A program made the translations under genes and the position numbers. Below the pieces are notes generated by a model. The model worked only from the letters and a program-made list of their open reading frames with translations, made no database searches and was not told the DNA's origin. Positions 41,371 to 51,671 of a stretch of DNA of 64,000 nt are shown here, piece by piece (the first letter of the stretch is position 1; every line of letters begins with the position of its first letter). The DNA is taken from NCBI GenBank assembly GCA_963668695.2, contig CAXXLQ010000004.1, forward strand, positions 2,528,001 to 2,592,000. The letters are read 5' to 3'. Source of the stretch: Vicinamibacteria bacterium (GTDB lineage Bacteria; Acidobacteriota; Vicinamibacteria; Marinacidobacterales; Marinacidobacteraceae).

Positions 41371-42372
41371 TCAGGATTCGGTCGGAGGTTCGGGTACGAG
41401 CGCGCGGGCGCGCTTCGGGGGCAGGGCGCTCCAGAGAAGCTTCTTGCGGAGCACCCGGAAGTAGTTCGTTTCGGGCAGGCTGAGAAGCTGCATCCGGACT
41501 TCGGACTTGCGGACTCTGAGCGCGTCTCCGGGGAGCACGGGATAGCTCGCCTGCCCGTCGAACGTCACATGGACCTGCCGCCGGCGGCCCCGCAGCGTCA
41601 GGGTCAACTCCTCGGTGTCCGGGAAGACGACGGGCCGCTGGGTCAGGGTCAGCGGCACGATGGGGGCCAGAATGATCGCCTCGACGGCGGGATGAACCAC
41701 CGGTCCCCCGGCCCCGATGTTGTAAGCGGTGGATCCGGTCGGAGTCGCGATGATGACGCCGTCGCCGAGCACGGTGGCTACGAAGCCATGGGCGGTCGTG
41801 ATGCGTACCTCGAGCACGCGGGCGATCGCGCTTCCGGTGATGACCACGTCATTCACGGACATCTCCTCGAGCAGGGTCTCGCCCTCCCGGAGGAGGGAGA
41901 TCCGCAGCGTCGTGCGTTCGTCCACAACTCCCTGGCCCGCCAGGATCTTCTCCAGTCCCGGGTACAACTGGTCGATCGGCGCGTTCGTGAGGAAGCCGAG
42001 GCTCCCCAGATTGACGCCGAAGATCGGGACCTGATGGTCGCCCATCGCGCGCGCCGCCGAGAGGAGGGTGCCGTCACCTCCGAGAACCAGCACCATGTCC
42101 CGGTCCTCCCCGATCGCTTTGAGCGGAACCGAGCCTCCGTCGCCGCCGATCGACTCCGCGAGTTTTTCCTCCAGCGTGACGCTCACGCCTTGGCTCCGAA
42201 GCCAGCCGGCCAGCCCGCGCGTCGTCTCGGCAGTCTCGGGCGCGACAATCTTGGCGACGATCCCGACGCGAAGGTCCCTCTCTGCCGGAGGAACGAAAGA
42301 CCGGGCTTTCGACTGGACGGCCCCACGCCGGCGGGAACGGGAGTTGCGGCGCCCGGCGGCGGCCTGGGGCAT
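41371..42372 (-). CDS. nadK: NAD kinase
   Basis: GGDGTLL, GVNLGSLGFLT, ND, TPTGSTAY. Confidence 0.96.
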   Translation of the reverse strand: MPQAAAGRRNSRSRRRGAVQSKARSFVPPAERDLRVGIVAKIVAPETAETTRGLAGWLRSQGVSVTLEEKLAESIGGDGGSVPLKAIGEDRDMVLVLGGDGTLLSAARAMGDHQVPIFGVNLGSLGFLTNAPIDQLYPGLEKILAGQGVVDERTTLRISLLREGETLLEEMSVNDVVITGSAIARVLEVRITTAHGFVATVLGDGVIIATPTGSTAYNIGAGGPVVHPAVEAIILAPIVPLTLTQRPVVFPDTEELTLTLRGRRRQVHVTFDGQASYPVLPGDALRVRKSEVRMQLLSLPETNYFRVLRKKLLWSALPPKRARALVPEPPTES

Positions 42373-42383
42373 CGGCAGGGGAG

Positions 42384-43331
42384 TCAGGCCGTCCGGTGGA
42401 GGATGCGGTCCGTCAACAACCGGAGGAGATGGATTCCCGCGAACTTTACGGGTGGTCCGGATCCGGCACTGGCCTCGTCCAGCAGACTGCGGGCCATCGC
42501 GGCGCGGCGGGACGCTTCCGCGCGGGCCGCTTCCAACCCATGGATCGCCGGATAGGTGGCCTTCCCGGCGGCGCGATCCTTGCCGGCTGACTTGCCGAGC
42601 CTGGCGCTGGTTTGCTCTTCGTCCAGCAGGTCATCCACGATCTGAAACATGAGTCCGAGTTCTCGCCCGAAACCCCCGAGGGTATCCGCCTGCCAGGTGG
42701 TGCCTCCCCCGGCAAACGCACCCAGTGCGACCGATGCGGAGATCAGCGCTCCGGTCTTCCCCCGGTGAATCGCTTCCAGCCCCCGGGCGTCGGGGGTTCG
42801 GGTTTCCGCCTCCATGTCGAGAACCTGGCCGCCCACCATCCCGTCGGGCCCGGCAGCGACGGCCAGACGCTTCACACACTCGAGCCGTATCTCCGGCGGC
42901 GCGTCGCTGCCTGCGATGGTGTCGAAGGCGAGGGTGTGAAGCGCGTCTCCGGCGAGTACGGCGATCGCCTCGCCGAACCGGACGTGGACCGTCGGCTGTC
43001 CGCGCCTCAGGTCGTCGTTGTCCATGCACGGCAGATCGTCGTGGATCAGCGAGTAGGTGTGAACCATCTCGAGCGCGCTGGCCACCGGGAGGGCGTTGTG
43101 GCTCTTCCCGCCCACCGCGATCGCTGATGCCATCGCCAGCGCCGGCCGGATTCGTTTTCCCCCGCCGAGGACGGCATGGCGCATGGCGCTGGCGAGCGTT
43201 GCCGTAGGGCCGGTCGCCGGTGGGAGCACGCCATCGAGAAAGGCGTCCACCTCCCGCGCGCAGTCGGCGAGGAAATCCCCCAGATCGACGGGCCGCACCG
43301 CCGCCGGGCTGCCGGCGTCAGAAAGGAGCAT
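42384..43331 (-). CDS. ispA: Polyprenyl (farnesyl) diphosphate synthase
   Basis: GGKRIRP, SLIHDDLPCMDNDDLRRG, FQIVDD. Confidence 0.95.
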   Translation of the reverse strand: MLLSDAGSPAAVRPVDLGDFLADCAREVDAFLDGVLPPATGPTATLASAMRHAVLGGGKRIRPALAMASAIAVGGKSHNALPVASALEMVHTYSLIHDDLPCMDNDDLRRGQPTVHVRFGEAIAVLAGDALHTLAFDTIAGSDAPPEIRLECVKRLAVAAGPDGMVGGQVLDMEAETRTPDARGLEAIHRGKTGALISASVALGAFAGGGTTWQADTLGGFGRELGLMFQIVDDLLDEEQTSARLGKSAGKDRAAGKATYPAIHGLEAARAEASRRAAMARSLLDEASAGSGPPVKFAGIHLLRLLTDRILHRTA

Positions 43332-43830
43332 CGGAGTCGGGGTCTTCCCCCGCCTGGCGGGCCGCTGGCGGGGCGGCGCCGGAGGTGGTGCCGGAGGTGG
43401 TACCGGTTTGGGTGATCTGCTCCTGGGCGGCGCCGAGAATCGCTTCGCAGCGGGCTGCCAGCCGCTGAGCCTCCCCGTGGAGGTCGATGACTCGCGCCAG
43501 CGGCAGATCCTCGTTCTCGAGGGTGTTCACGACCTCGGCCAGCCGGTCCCGTACCGCTTCGTACGGCTCCCTTGGGCCTTCGCCGGCGCTTGGTCCCGGC
43601 GGGCCGGCGTCGTTCCCGGCGTCATTCGCCGCCTTGCTGGTCGCCTTGCGGGCCGCTTCCACGATGGCCTCGAGTCTCCGGTGCATGGAGGCCGCGCGAG
43701 CATGGAGCTGCAATCGTTCTTCGAGCGCGACGGCCGGGTCTTCGAGCTGCGCGGTCACCGCCTTCAGTTCGGCCTCCACCGACTCGAAGCTCGGTTCCGG
43801 CGGCGGGGCGGTACTGCCGGATTCGGTCAT
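43318..43830 (-). CDS. xseB: Exonuclease VII small subunit with two tandem XseB domains
   Basis: Two SFE/PYE..L......LE....L motifs; located between xseA and ispA. Confidence 0.8.
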   Translation of the reverse strand: MTESGSTAPPPEPSFESVEAELKAVTAQLEDPAVALEERLQLHARAASMHRRLEAIVEAARKATSKAANDAGNDAGPPGPSAGEGPREPYEAVRDRLAEVVNTLENEDLPLARVIDLHGEAQRLAARCEAILGAAQEQITQTGTTSGTTSGAAPPAARQAGEDPDSDAPF

Positions 43831-45464
43831 GACGGGTTTCCTTCGGGATTCTGCCCCGCGGAGCGGGGTGCTGCGGGACCTGTGCCCGACAGTTCGCGCG
43901 GGGGCCGCACTGACTCGACGGCCGCGCCGAGTTCACCATCCCCAAGCAGCAACCGTAGCCGATCGCCGACGCGGACGGTCTTGCTGGAAACGAGCGCGCG
44001 TCCTCCGGAGTCCAGCGCCAGGCTGTAGCCGCGCCGTAGAACGACCCGCGGGTCAAGGGCGTCCAGATTCTGGCCGATTCTCTCGGCAATGAAGGAGCGG
44101 CGCTCCAGACACCTCTCCAGCGAGGCGCGCTGCCGGGTGCGGCGGTCGGCAAGGGCGGCGCGCTCCGATTCCAGGAGCCGGGGCAGGGGTTGTGCGGAAA
44201 CCCGGCGCCGCGTGGCTTCGAGCCGCTCCTCCTGATCCCGGAGCAGCGGCAATCCCGCGAGGCGCTCGCGGAGCCGGCTCAACTGGGCGAACTGGCCCGC
44301 GAGTTTCTGGGCCGGGTGGTTTTGCTCGAGCCGCGCGCGGACCGTTCGCAGTCGCTCTTCGCTGCTCTGGATCGTGCGCTCCGCCGCAGCGAGCGCGATG
44401 GAACGATCCTGTTGCCGGCTTTGTCGTTCCTGCTCGAGCCACCCGGGCAGCGCCGTGGTCGCCCGGTGCGTGAGGAAAGTCGCCACCCGATCCTGCGCTG
44501 CGCTCAGGACCCGGCGCGCCACGGTTTCGGCCACCCTCCGGCGATCCTCGATCTCCCGAAGCAGATCGCTCCGCTCGGGGAGGATTTCCCGAGCTGCCGC
44601 CGAGGGCGTGCTGCAGCGACGATCGGCTACCCGGTCGAGGAGCGGCCGATTCTGCTCGTGGCCGATCGCGCTGACGAGCGGCACGGGGCAGGCGGCCGCG
44701 GCGCGCACCACGATCTCGTCGCTGAAGGGGAGGAGATCCTCCACCGACCCGCCGCCCCGGGCCACCACGATGACGTCGAGCGCTTCGCGGCCCAGAGCAC
44801 GAATCCCGGCGGCCAGCGCCGCCGGCGCGGCGGGCCCCTGTACCGGTGCGAAGTGTTCCCGGATCATGACCCCGGGAAAGCGGGTGCGGGCCGCTCGTGT
44901 GAAGTCGGCCCAGGCGTCGCTTCCCGCAGCGGTCAGGAGTCCGATCCGGAGCGGGAGAAAGGGGAGGGGACGTTTCCTTGCGGGATCGAACAGGCCTTCG
45001 CGCTCGAGGCGCGCCTCCCTTTCCAGGAGTTGCTGGAGCAGCGTCCCGATCCCGGCCTTCTCGAGGCGCTGGACCTGAAACTGGTAGCGGCTCTTCCCCT
45101 CGTACAGGCGCAACCGGCCGAAGGCGCGAATCCGGTCCCCCGGCTCGGGAGTGAAGGCGAAGCTCCGGGCGTCAGTGGCCCACGCCACGGCTTCGAGGAC
45201 GGTTGTTTCTTCGCGAAGGGACAGGTAGAGGTGGCCGCTTCGCGGGCGGCTCACCTGGGAAAGTTCCCCCTCGATCCAGAAGCTCCGGGGAAATCCGTCC
45301 TCGAGCACCTCGCGGATGCGGGCGCTGATTTCCCGGACCGAGTACGGAGCCCCGGAAGACCCCGGCCGGGCTGCGGCTACCGTCTCGATCCGGGGTTCCG
45401 CCGGCGGCGGGGAAACGGGTGGGGCCGGAGACGGCGGCTGTCCGAAGAGAGAGCGGCGCGTCAT
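43827..45464 (-). CDS. xseA: Exonuclease VII large subunit
   Basis: SGHLYLSL, ARGGGSVEDL, SAIGHE, TPSAAA, LRRGYS. Confidence 0.96.
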   Translation of the reverse strand: MTRRSLFGQPPSPAPPVSPPPAEPRIETVAAARPGSSGAPYSVREISARIREVLEDGFPRSFWIEGELSQVSRPRSGHLYLSLREETTVLEAVAWATDARSFAFTPEPGDRIRAFGRLRLYEGKSRYQFQVQRLEKAGIGTLLQQLLEREARLEREGLFDPARKRPLPFLPLRIGLLTAAGSDAWADFTRAARTRFPGVMIREHFAPVQGPAAPAALAAGIRALGREALDVIVVARGGGSVEDLLPFSDEIVVRAAAACPVPLVSAIGHEQNRPLLDRVADRRCSTPSAAAREILPERSDLLREIEDRRRVAETVARRVLSAAQDRVATFLTHRATTALPGWLEQERQSRQQDRSIALAAAERTIQSSEERLRTVRARLEQNHPAQKLAGQFAQLSRLRERLAGLPLLRDQEERLEATRRRVSAQPLPRLLESERAALADRRTRQRASLERCLERRSFIAERIGQNLDALDPRVVLRRGYSLALDSGGRALVSSKTVRVGDRLRLLLGDGELGAAVESVRPPRELSGTGPAAPRSAGQNPEGNPS

Positions 45465-45504
45465 CGTCCTCCGGATGCTATTCCGGCGGAAGACCGGCTG
45501 CTAG

Positions 45505-46206
45505 CTAACCGCGGCCCCGGCGGCGGGCCCGGCGCTCCGCCTCGGCTGCCTTCCGCTCGGCGCGTTCCTGCTTACGGAGCTCCCGGGCGGCTTCTTTCTC
45601 GCGCTCGCGGACCGCGTTCATCGTGCGGGACAGAAGGCGGGTGATGGCCGACTGCGCCTGGCCGCTGGTGCCTTGCTTGTCCGCCATGTGTTCCACCACC
45701 AGCCACTTGCGGATACGGGAGCGGCGCTTCTCCTCTTCCCGGCTGATGGTCTTCAGCTCGTGGCGCAGGTGGAGGCGCTTCAACGCGGTTGCGAGGCTCG
45801 ACGCGGTCCCTTCGCGCTCCTGGGCCGTGATCTGGTCCAGGCGCTCGGAGGCGTCGTCGATGGTCGGATCGAAGTCCGAACCGAGGATGCCCTCGATCAC
45901 CCCCGGGGAGTCCCCGGAGTGGCGGATGCCTCGAGACACCAAATGGCCAACCGGAACCAGAACGCGATTCCCGGTCGAGGAATCCTGCGGGGTGAGTTCC
46001 AGCAGTTCCAGGCCGCTCGCTGCGTCCTGAATCACATCCCCGACGTGACAGTGGCCGATCTGGGGATAGAAGATCAGATCTCCCGCCTCGAAAACGCCCG
46101 GGACCGGACCGCCGCCGTCCGCACCCTCTTCGGACAGCTCTTCCTCGGCCGGTTCTTCCTCGGCCGGTTCTTCCTCGGCCGGTTCTTCCTCGGATACCGT
46201 CTCCAT
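45505..46206 (-). CDS. CarD-family protein with acidic N-terminal repeat
   Basis: FEAGDLIFYPQIG, VLVPV...GIR CarD N-domain pattern. Confidence 0.75.
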   Translation of the reverse strand: METVSEEEPAEEEPAEEEPAEEELSEEGADGGGPVPGVFEAGDLIFYPQIGHCHVGDVIQDAASGLELLELTPQDSSTGNRVLVPVGHLVSRGIRHSGDSPGVIEGILGSDFDPTIDDASERLDQITAQEREGTASSLATALKRLHLRHELKTISREEEKRRSRIRKWLVVEHMADKQGTSGQAQSAITRLLSRTMNAVREREKEAARELRKQERAERKAAEAERRARRRGRG

Positions 46207-46415
46207 GAGGTCGGCTCCCCCTTCCTGCGCGACCGTCAATTTCTTGGGCGAGGTAGCGGATTCAGATCAGGAGGCGACGGAAGATGCAAGGGACTCACTA
46301 TTTTACCACGCTGCTTCCGCGCACGGCGGTCCCGCGCGAACCCCTACCGGGAGAACTGGGCCCCGCGACTCCTGTCCACGGCCGGCTGGCAGCGGTGGTC
46401 AGGCGCACGAGTTGA

Positions 46416-47410
46416 GCAGCCCGCAGACAAAGTCGCGCGGCGTTCGTGCGGCGATCCATCCCGGCCAAACAGCCTGTGGTGGAACCCACGCGGCCCAGTT
46501 CTCCCGGTGGGGGCTCGGCCAGCGATCCATCCCGGCCAAACAACCGGTGATGAAACCCACGCGGCCCAGTTCTCCCGGTGGGGGCTCGGCCGGCGATCCA
46601 TCCCGGCCAAACAACCGGTGATGAAACCCACGCGGCCCAGTTCTCCCGGTGGGGGCTCGGCCGGCGATCCATCCCGGCCAAACAGCCTGTAATGAAACCC
46701 GCGTGGCCCAGTTCCATCCCGGCCAAACAGCCTGTAATGAAACCCGCGTGGCGTTCGGCCGGCGATCCATCCCGGCTGAACCGCGTCGCTGCGCGCCGCT
46801 CGTCGTTGCGTTTCGGTCGAAATACACTAGGTATTCCTCCCTCACGCGCCTTGTCAGCCGGACCCCCACCGGGAGAACTGGGCCTCGCCGGCCTCGGCGC
46901 TCACGCGGGTTCCACCACCGGCTGTTCACCGCGTCGCTTCGCGTCGCTCATCGTTGCGTTTCGGTCGCAATACACGCGGTATTCCTCCCTCACGCGCCTT
47001 GTCAGCCGGGCGCCTCGCCCCCACCGGGAGGACTGGCCGACCTCGGCGCTCACGTGGGTTCCACCACCGGCTGTTCACCGCGTCGCTACGCGCCGCTCAT
47101 CGTTGCGTTTCGGTCGCAATACACCCGGGCCAGTTCTCTGGGGGCTCCTCCCTCACGCGCCTTGTCAGCCGGGCGCCTCGCCCCCACCGGGAGGACTGGC
47201 CGGCCTCGGCGCTCACGCGGATTCCACGACCGGCTGTTCACCGCGTCGCTGCGCGGCGCTCATCGTTGCGTTTCGGTCGCAATACACCCGGGCCAGTTCT
47301 CCCGGTGGGGGCTCCTCCCTCGCGCGCCTTGTCAGCCGGGCGCCTCGCCCCCACCGGGAGAACTGGGCCTCGCCGCTCTCGGCGCTCGCGCCACTTTATC
47401 CACAGGCTGC
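46416..47410. mobile_element. Expanded MITE family A (71-bp and ~150-bp internal tandem units)
   Basis: GCAGCCCGCAGACAAAGT ... ACTTTATCCACAGGCTGC enclosing four core copies. Confidence 0.85.
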
Positions 47411-47896
47411 TAGCGCGGCGTCGTAGTCCGGTTCTTCCTTGATTTCCGGAACGAGCTGGGAATAGCCGACCTTGCCGTCCGGGCCCACCACGACCACCGC
47501 CCGCGCCAGGAGTCCGGCGAGCGGCCCCTCCGTGATTGTGAGGCCGTATGCCTCACCGAACGAACTGCCGCGCATCTCCGAGACGCAGCGGACCGCCTCG
47601 ATGTCCTCGGCGGCGCAGAAACGCCCGTGGGCGAACGGGAGATCCCGCGATACGCACAGGACGGTCACCCCCTCGAGGGCGGCGGCTTCTTCGTTGAAGC
47701 GCCGGACCGAGGCCGCGCACACGGGGGTGTCCACGCTCGGGAAAATGTTAAGGATCAGCCGCTGCCCGGCGTAGTCGCGGAGCGCAACGTCACCGAGGTC
47801 GCCGCCGGTAAGCGTGAAATCGGGAGCGGTGTCTCCAGCCTTGGGAACATCTCCCGAAATGGCGAACGGGGTGCCGCCAAGCGTGACGGTAGCCAT
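47396..47896 (-). CDS. tpx: Thiol peroxidase
   Basis: LNIFPSVDTPVCAASVRRFN, SRDLPFA.RFC, EPDYDAAL. Confidence 0.96.
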   Translation of the reverse strand: MATVTLGGTPFAISGDVPKAGDTAPDFTLTGGDLGDVALRDYAGQRLILNIFPSVDTPVCAASVRRFNEEAAALEGVTVLCVSRDLPFAHGRFCAAEDIEAVRCVSEMRGSSFGEAYGLTITEGPLAGLLARAVVVVGPDGKVGYSQLVPEIKEEPDYDAALAACG

Positions 47897-47925
47897 GACC
47901 TGTCTCCTCCTTGAGAAAAAGGTGA

Positions 47926-48106
47926 GGAGCCTGTCCCGGTAATAGCACGGCATTCGACCGGCGATGCATCCCGGCTGAACCGCGCCGCTTTGCGGCGCTC
48001 ATCGTTGCGCTTCGGTCGAAATACACTCGGTATTCCTCCCTCACGCGCCTCGTCAGCCGGGCGCCTCACCGGTCTCGGTGCTCCCGCTATTACCGGGACA
48101 GACTCC
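47926..48106. mobile_element. MITE family A core with variant arms
   Basis: GGAGCCTGTCCCGGTAATAGC / GCTATTACCGGGACAGACTCC. Confidence 0.82.
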
Positions 48107-48230
48107 TAGCCCCCGGGATTCACGGGACGGGATCCCTGAAAACCGGGGGCGATCCGGGTAGTGGAGAAAGCGGAACGGGCCGCTTCTGACCGGGTAGGAT
48201 AGCAACCCGGCCGGCTGGGAGGCTCACATC

Positions 48231-49217
48231 ATGAAGACACTTGTTCCCCGTTCCATCACCGTTCCCGCGCCCACGCGCCCCGCGGGTTTCGGGCGGCTGC
48301 CGGTCGTGCTCGCGTTCGGGCTCGCGATGAGCCTCGCTGGTTGTTCCCCCCCGGAGGGAGGGGAGGAATCACCCGAAGAGGAAGGCGCCACCGGGATGAC
48401 GGAGGCCAGCGAAGCGGGGCCCTCGTGGAACCGGATCGCCTCGCTGTTGGCCGACGGTCAGGTTGTCTTCGGGATCTTTTCCGGGGAGAAGACTCCGGAA
48501 ACCGCGATGGAGATGGCGAAGTTGGAGTTGGCGGATTTCATCTTCTATTCGCTCGAAACGGGGCCTTTCGATCTCACCACCATGGCAACGTATCAGGAGG
48601 CCCTGTCCCCGCCCGACTCCCGCGGAGCCGCTAATCCTCATCCGATCGCGTTGCGCATCCCGCCCATCCGCGACGGGATGGACGAAGCCGCGGAGCGAAC
48701 GGCTGCCGGGCTCGACGCCGGGGCGTATTCGATCGTCTTTCCGCATGTCGAGAACGCTGACGAGGCGCGGCAGGCGGTGGCCTCGATGCGGCCGGTCCGC
48801 GCCGGCGGGCTGCGGGGCGACCCGGACGCCGAGGCGGCGCGGGTGTTTGGAGTCTCCCCGGAGGATTACGCAGCGCGCGCCGACATCTGGCCTCTGGACC
48901 CCCGGGGAGAACTGGTGAGCATGGTGCTGATCGAGGACCAGGTGGGGGTAGCGAACGCGCTCGACATCGTCAGGGTGCCCGGAGTGAGCGTTGCGTTTCC
49001 CGGTCCCGGCGATCTGCGGCGCGCTTACGAGGGCGACATGGAGTCGGTGGAAGGTGCGATCCAGACCGTGCTGGCCGCCTGCCTGGAGGCTGGCGTTCCT
49101 TGCGGGATCACGGCGGGTCCCGATGACATCGCCATGCGGATCGAGCAGGGATTCCGCGTCTTTATCGTGACTTCTCCGGACGCCCTGGCCGTCGGCCACC
49201 AGGCCGCCGGCCGCTAG
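48231..49217 (+). CDS. HpcH/HpaI aldolase-family protein with lipoprotein signal
   Basis: LAGC lipobox; LDAGAYSIVFPHVENADEA, VLIED..GV, PGPGDL. Confidence 0.82.
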   Translation: MKTLVPRSITVPAPTRPAGFGRLPVVLAFGLAMSLAGCSPPEGGEESPEEEGATGMTEASEAGPSWNRIASLLADGQVVFGIFSGEKTPETAMEMAKLELADFIFYSLETGPFDLTTMATYQEALSPPDSRGAANPHPIALRIPPIRDGMDEAAERTAAGLDAGAYSIVFPHVENADEARQAVASMRPVRAGGLRGDPDAEAARVFGVSPEDYAARADIWPLDPRGELVSMVLIEDQVGVANALDIVRVPGVSVAFPGPGDLRRAYEGDMESVEGAIQTVLAACLEAGVPCGITAGPDDIAMRIEQGFRVFIVTSPDALAVGHQAAGR

Positions 49218-49263
49218 ACGTTTCTCGGGAACACCGGCAACAAAGAACCGGAGGAAAGGACTC

Positions 49264-50607
49264 ATGTCCGAACACAACAAAGCAGCACTCCTCGAGCGGG
49301 ACGCCGAGCACCTGATCCATCCGATCCACAGCAACGCGGCGACCGCCGGGGGCCACGTTTGGGTCCGTGGGGAAGGGGCCCGGCTGTTCGACGCCGACGG
49401 CCGGGACTACGTGGACGCCCTTTCCGGACTCTGGAACGTCTTTATCGGGCACGGTCGGGGGGAACTGGCCGACGCCGCTGCGAACCAGATGCGCGAGCTC
49501 GGTTACGCCTCGGGGTACGCGGGCAGCACCAACCGGCGGGCCATCGCCCTGGCGGAGACGCTCGCCGAGATCGCCTATCCGAGCATCAACCGTTTCTTCC
49601 TCACCTCGGGCGGCGGAGAATCGACGGACTCCAGCATCAAGACCGCCCGCTACTACTGGAAGGTCCGCGGCAAGCCGGACAAGACCAAGGTCATCTCCCG
49701 CATCTGGGGCTATCACGGCGTGACGCTGGCGGCGATGTGCGCCACCGGCATCAGCGCCTACTGGCCGATGTTCGAGCCCCGGATTCCGGGCTTTCGGCAC
49801 ATCGGGTCACCGTATCCCTACTTCTACGATCCCCCGCCCGGGAAAACCCGGGGGGAGGCCGCCGCCGACGAACTGGAAACGGCGATTCTGGAAGAAGGGC
49901 CGGACACCGTGGCGATGTTCATCGCCGAGCCGATCCAGGGCGCGGGCGGGGTGATCATCCCCACCGACGACTACTTCCCCCGTATCCGGGAGATCTGCGA
50001 CCGCTACGAGGTGCTGCTCGTCTCCGACGAGGTCATCACCGGGTTCGGGCGCACCGGCACGATGTTCGGCCTGACCCACTGGGGGATCGAGCCCGACATC
50101 ATGCAGTTCGCCAAGGGGATCACCTCCGGATACATCCCCCTCGGGGGGATCGGGCTCTCCGACCGGGTGGCCGCAACGCTGGACACCGGCGATCAGGTCT
50201 GGATGCACGCCTATACCTACAGCGCCCATCCGGTGTGCTGCGCCGTCGCGCTCGAAAACCTCCGCATCATCCGTGAGGAGGGACTGGTCGAAATGGCGGC
50301 GGAGAAGGGCGCCGCGCTGATCCGCAATCTCGAGCAGGCGGTCGGCGGCCACCCTCACGTGGGTGAGGTTCGCGGGCAGGGTCTCATCGCCGGGGTCGAG
50401 GTGGTGGCCGACCGCGAGACCCGGGAACTCTTCCCGGCGTCCGAGAAAGTGGGCCCCCGCCTCCTGAAGGTGATCGACGATCACGGTGTCTTCAGCCGGA
50501 TGCGCGGCGACGTGTTCGTCTGCGCCCCGCCGGTCTGCTCCACTTCCGCCGATCTCGAGCAAATCGCCGACGCGGTGGCCGCCGCCCTCGGAGAGGTACT
50601 GGGCTAG
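49264..50607 (+). CDS. Class III PLP aminotransferase (omega-amine/putrescine type)
   Basis: DALSGLW, GYHG, EPIQGAGG, DEVITGFGRTG, AKGITSGY. Confidence 0.94.
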   Translation: MSEHNKAALLERDAEHLIHPIHSNAATAGGHVWVRGEGARLFDADGRDYVDALSGLWNVFIGHGRGELADAAANQMRELGYASGYAGSTNRRAIALAETLAEIAYPSINRFFLTSGGGESTDSSIKTARYYWKVRGKPDKTKVISRIWGYHGVTLAAMCATGISAYWPMFEPRIPGFRHIGSPYPYFYDPPPGKTRGEAAADELETAILEEGPDTVAMFIAEPIQGAGGVIIPTDDYFPRIREICDRYEVLLVSDEVITGFGRTGTMFGLTHWGIEPDIMQFAKGITSGYIPLGGIGLSDRVAATLDTGDQVWMHAYTYSAHPVCCAVALENLRIIREEGLVEMAAEKGAALIRNLEQAVGGHPHVGEVRGQGLIAGVEVVADRETRELFPASEKVGPRLLKVIDDHGVFSRMRGDVFVCAPPVCSTSADLEQIADAVAAALGEVLG

Positions 50608-50625
50608 GAGCGGCAGGAGCGCTTG

Positions 50626-50960
50626 GGAGCGCCGGTCTTCAGGCCCCCACCGGGAGAACTGGCCAGCATCGCCCGCGTAGCGGGCGCAACTCCCATCGCC
50701 CCCCCGAGCCGAAGCGCGAGGACGGCAGTCCCGCTCACCCCACTTCCACGACGTAGCTTCAGGCCCTCACCGGGAGAACTGGCCGGCATCGCCCGCGCAG
50801 CGGGCGAAACTCCCGTCGCCGCCCGAGCAGAAGCGCGAGGACGGCAGTCCCGCTCACCCCACTTCCACGACGTAGCTTCAGGCCCTCACCGGGAGAACTG
50901 GCCGGCATCGCCCGCGCAGCGGGCGCAACTCCCGTCGCCATCCGAGCAGAAGCGCGACGA
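50626..50960. repeat. Three tandem ~120-bp REP-derived units, each with the 18-nt motif
   Basis: CTTCAGGCCC(C/T)CACCGGGAGAACTGGCC at ~50637, 50757, 50876; related unit at 58274. Confidence 0.85.
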
Positions 50961-51002
50961 CGGCCGTCCACTGACTACTTTTGTCACCCCGCGCGGTTAG
51001 CT

Positions 51003-51671
51003 TTGGTGTTCGAGGATGTCGGAATGATGAAGACTCACATCGATCGCATCGCAACCCTGGTCCATCTGGGGGGTCCGGACCCAGCGGCTGTCAAGGTTGA
51101 AGGAATAGCTTCTCAAGAAGGACACCGGACATCGTGGCGGTTCAAAAGATCTGTGTGTCCGAAGCCGATTCCCCAAAGTGTGAACTCGAAAGAATCGGCT
51201 ACCGCAGCGCGGTTCGGCGTAACGGAGTCCTGGTGGGACTTCGGAGTCGCGATCCTGAGCCGCGGGGATCTCCCAGCGCCGACGAATGTCGTCAAACATC
51301 TGCCCTGCCCTAAACATCTGCCCTACCCTAAATATCTGCCCTGCCCTCAGGCGAAGGGCTCGCGGTACCTGTCCACCGCAATTGGCAGGCTCCGTACCGC
51401 TTCCCTCTACGCCCCGTACTTGAGCCAACTGAGAAAGGCCGAGGCCATCAGACGACGCATCACCAGGCTGCAGCATCTGCGGACCCACCTCCGCAACCAG
51501 GACCTCGCGGACGGGGAGAGCGTCCTGGGCGGGGACTTCCTGGGCGGGGACTTCAACGTCAAGGCCCACGACCTGCCGAAGCCTGATCAGGGGCACCACT
51601 CCGAAGACGAACGACGCGAATTCTCGGCGCTTTGCCGAGAGCGGGAGCCGCTCCGGGAGCATCGTCCATGA
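51003..51671 (+). pseudogene. Degenerate exonuclease III/EEP-family gene
   Basis: SQE, GVAILSR, SLYAP and GGDFNV in correct order; C-terminal SDH absent. Confidence 0.55.

Noticed and set aside
46205-47442. ORFs with PPPGEL/HRENW/QFSRWG motifs inside repeats, also at 56126-56692 and 40742-41483
   Set aside because: Translations of MITE and 18-nt motif DNA; not transposases
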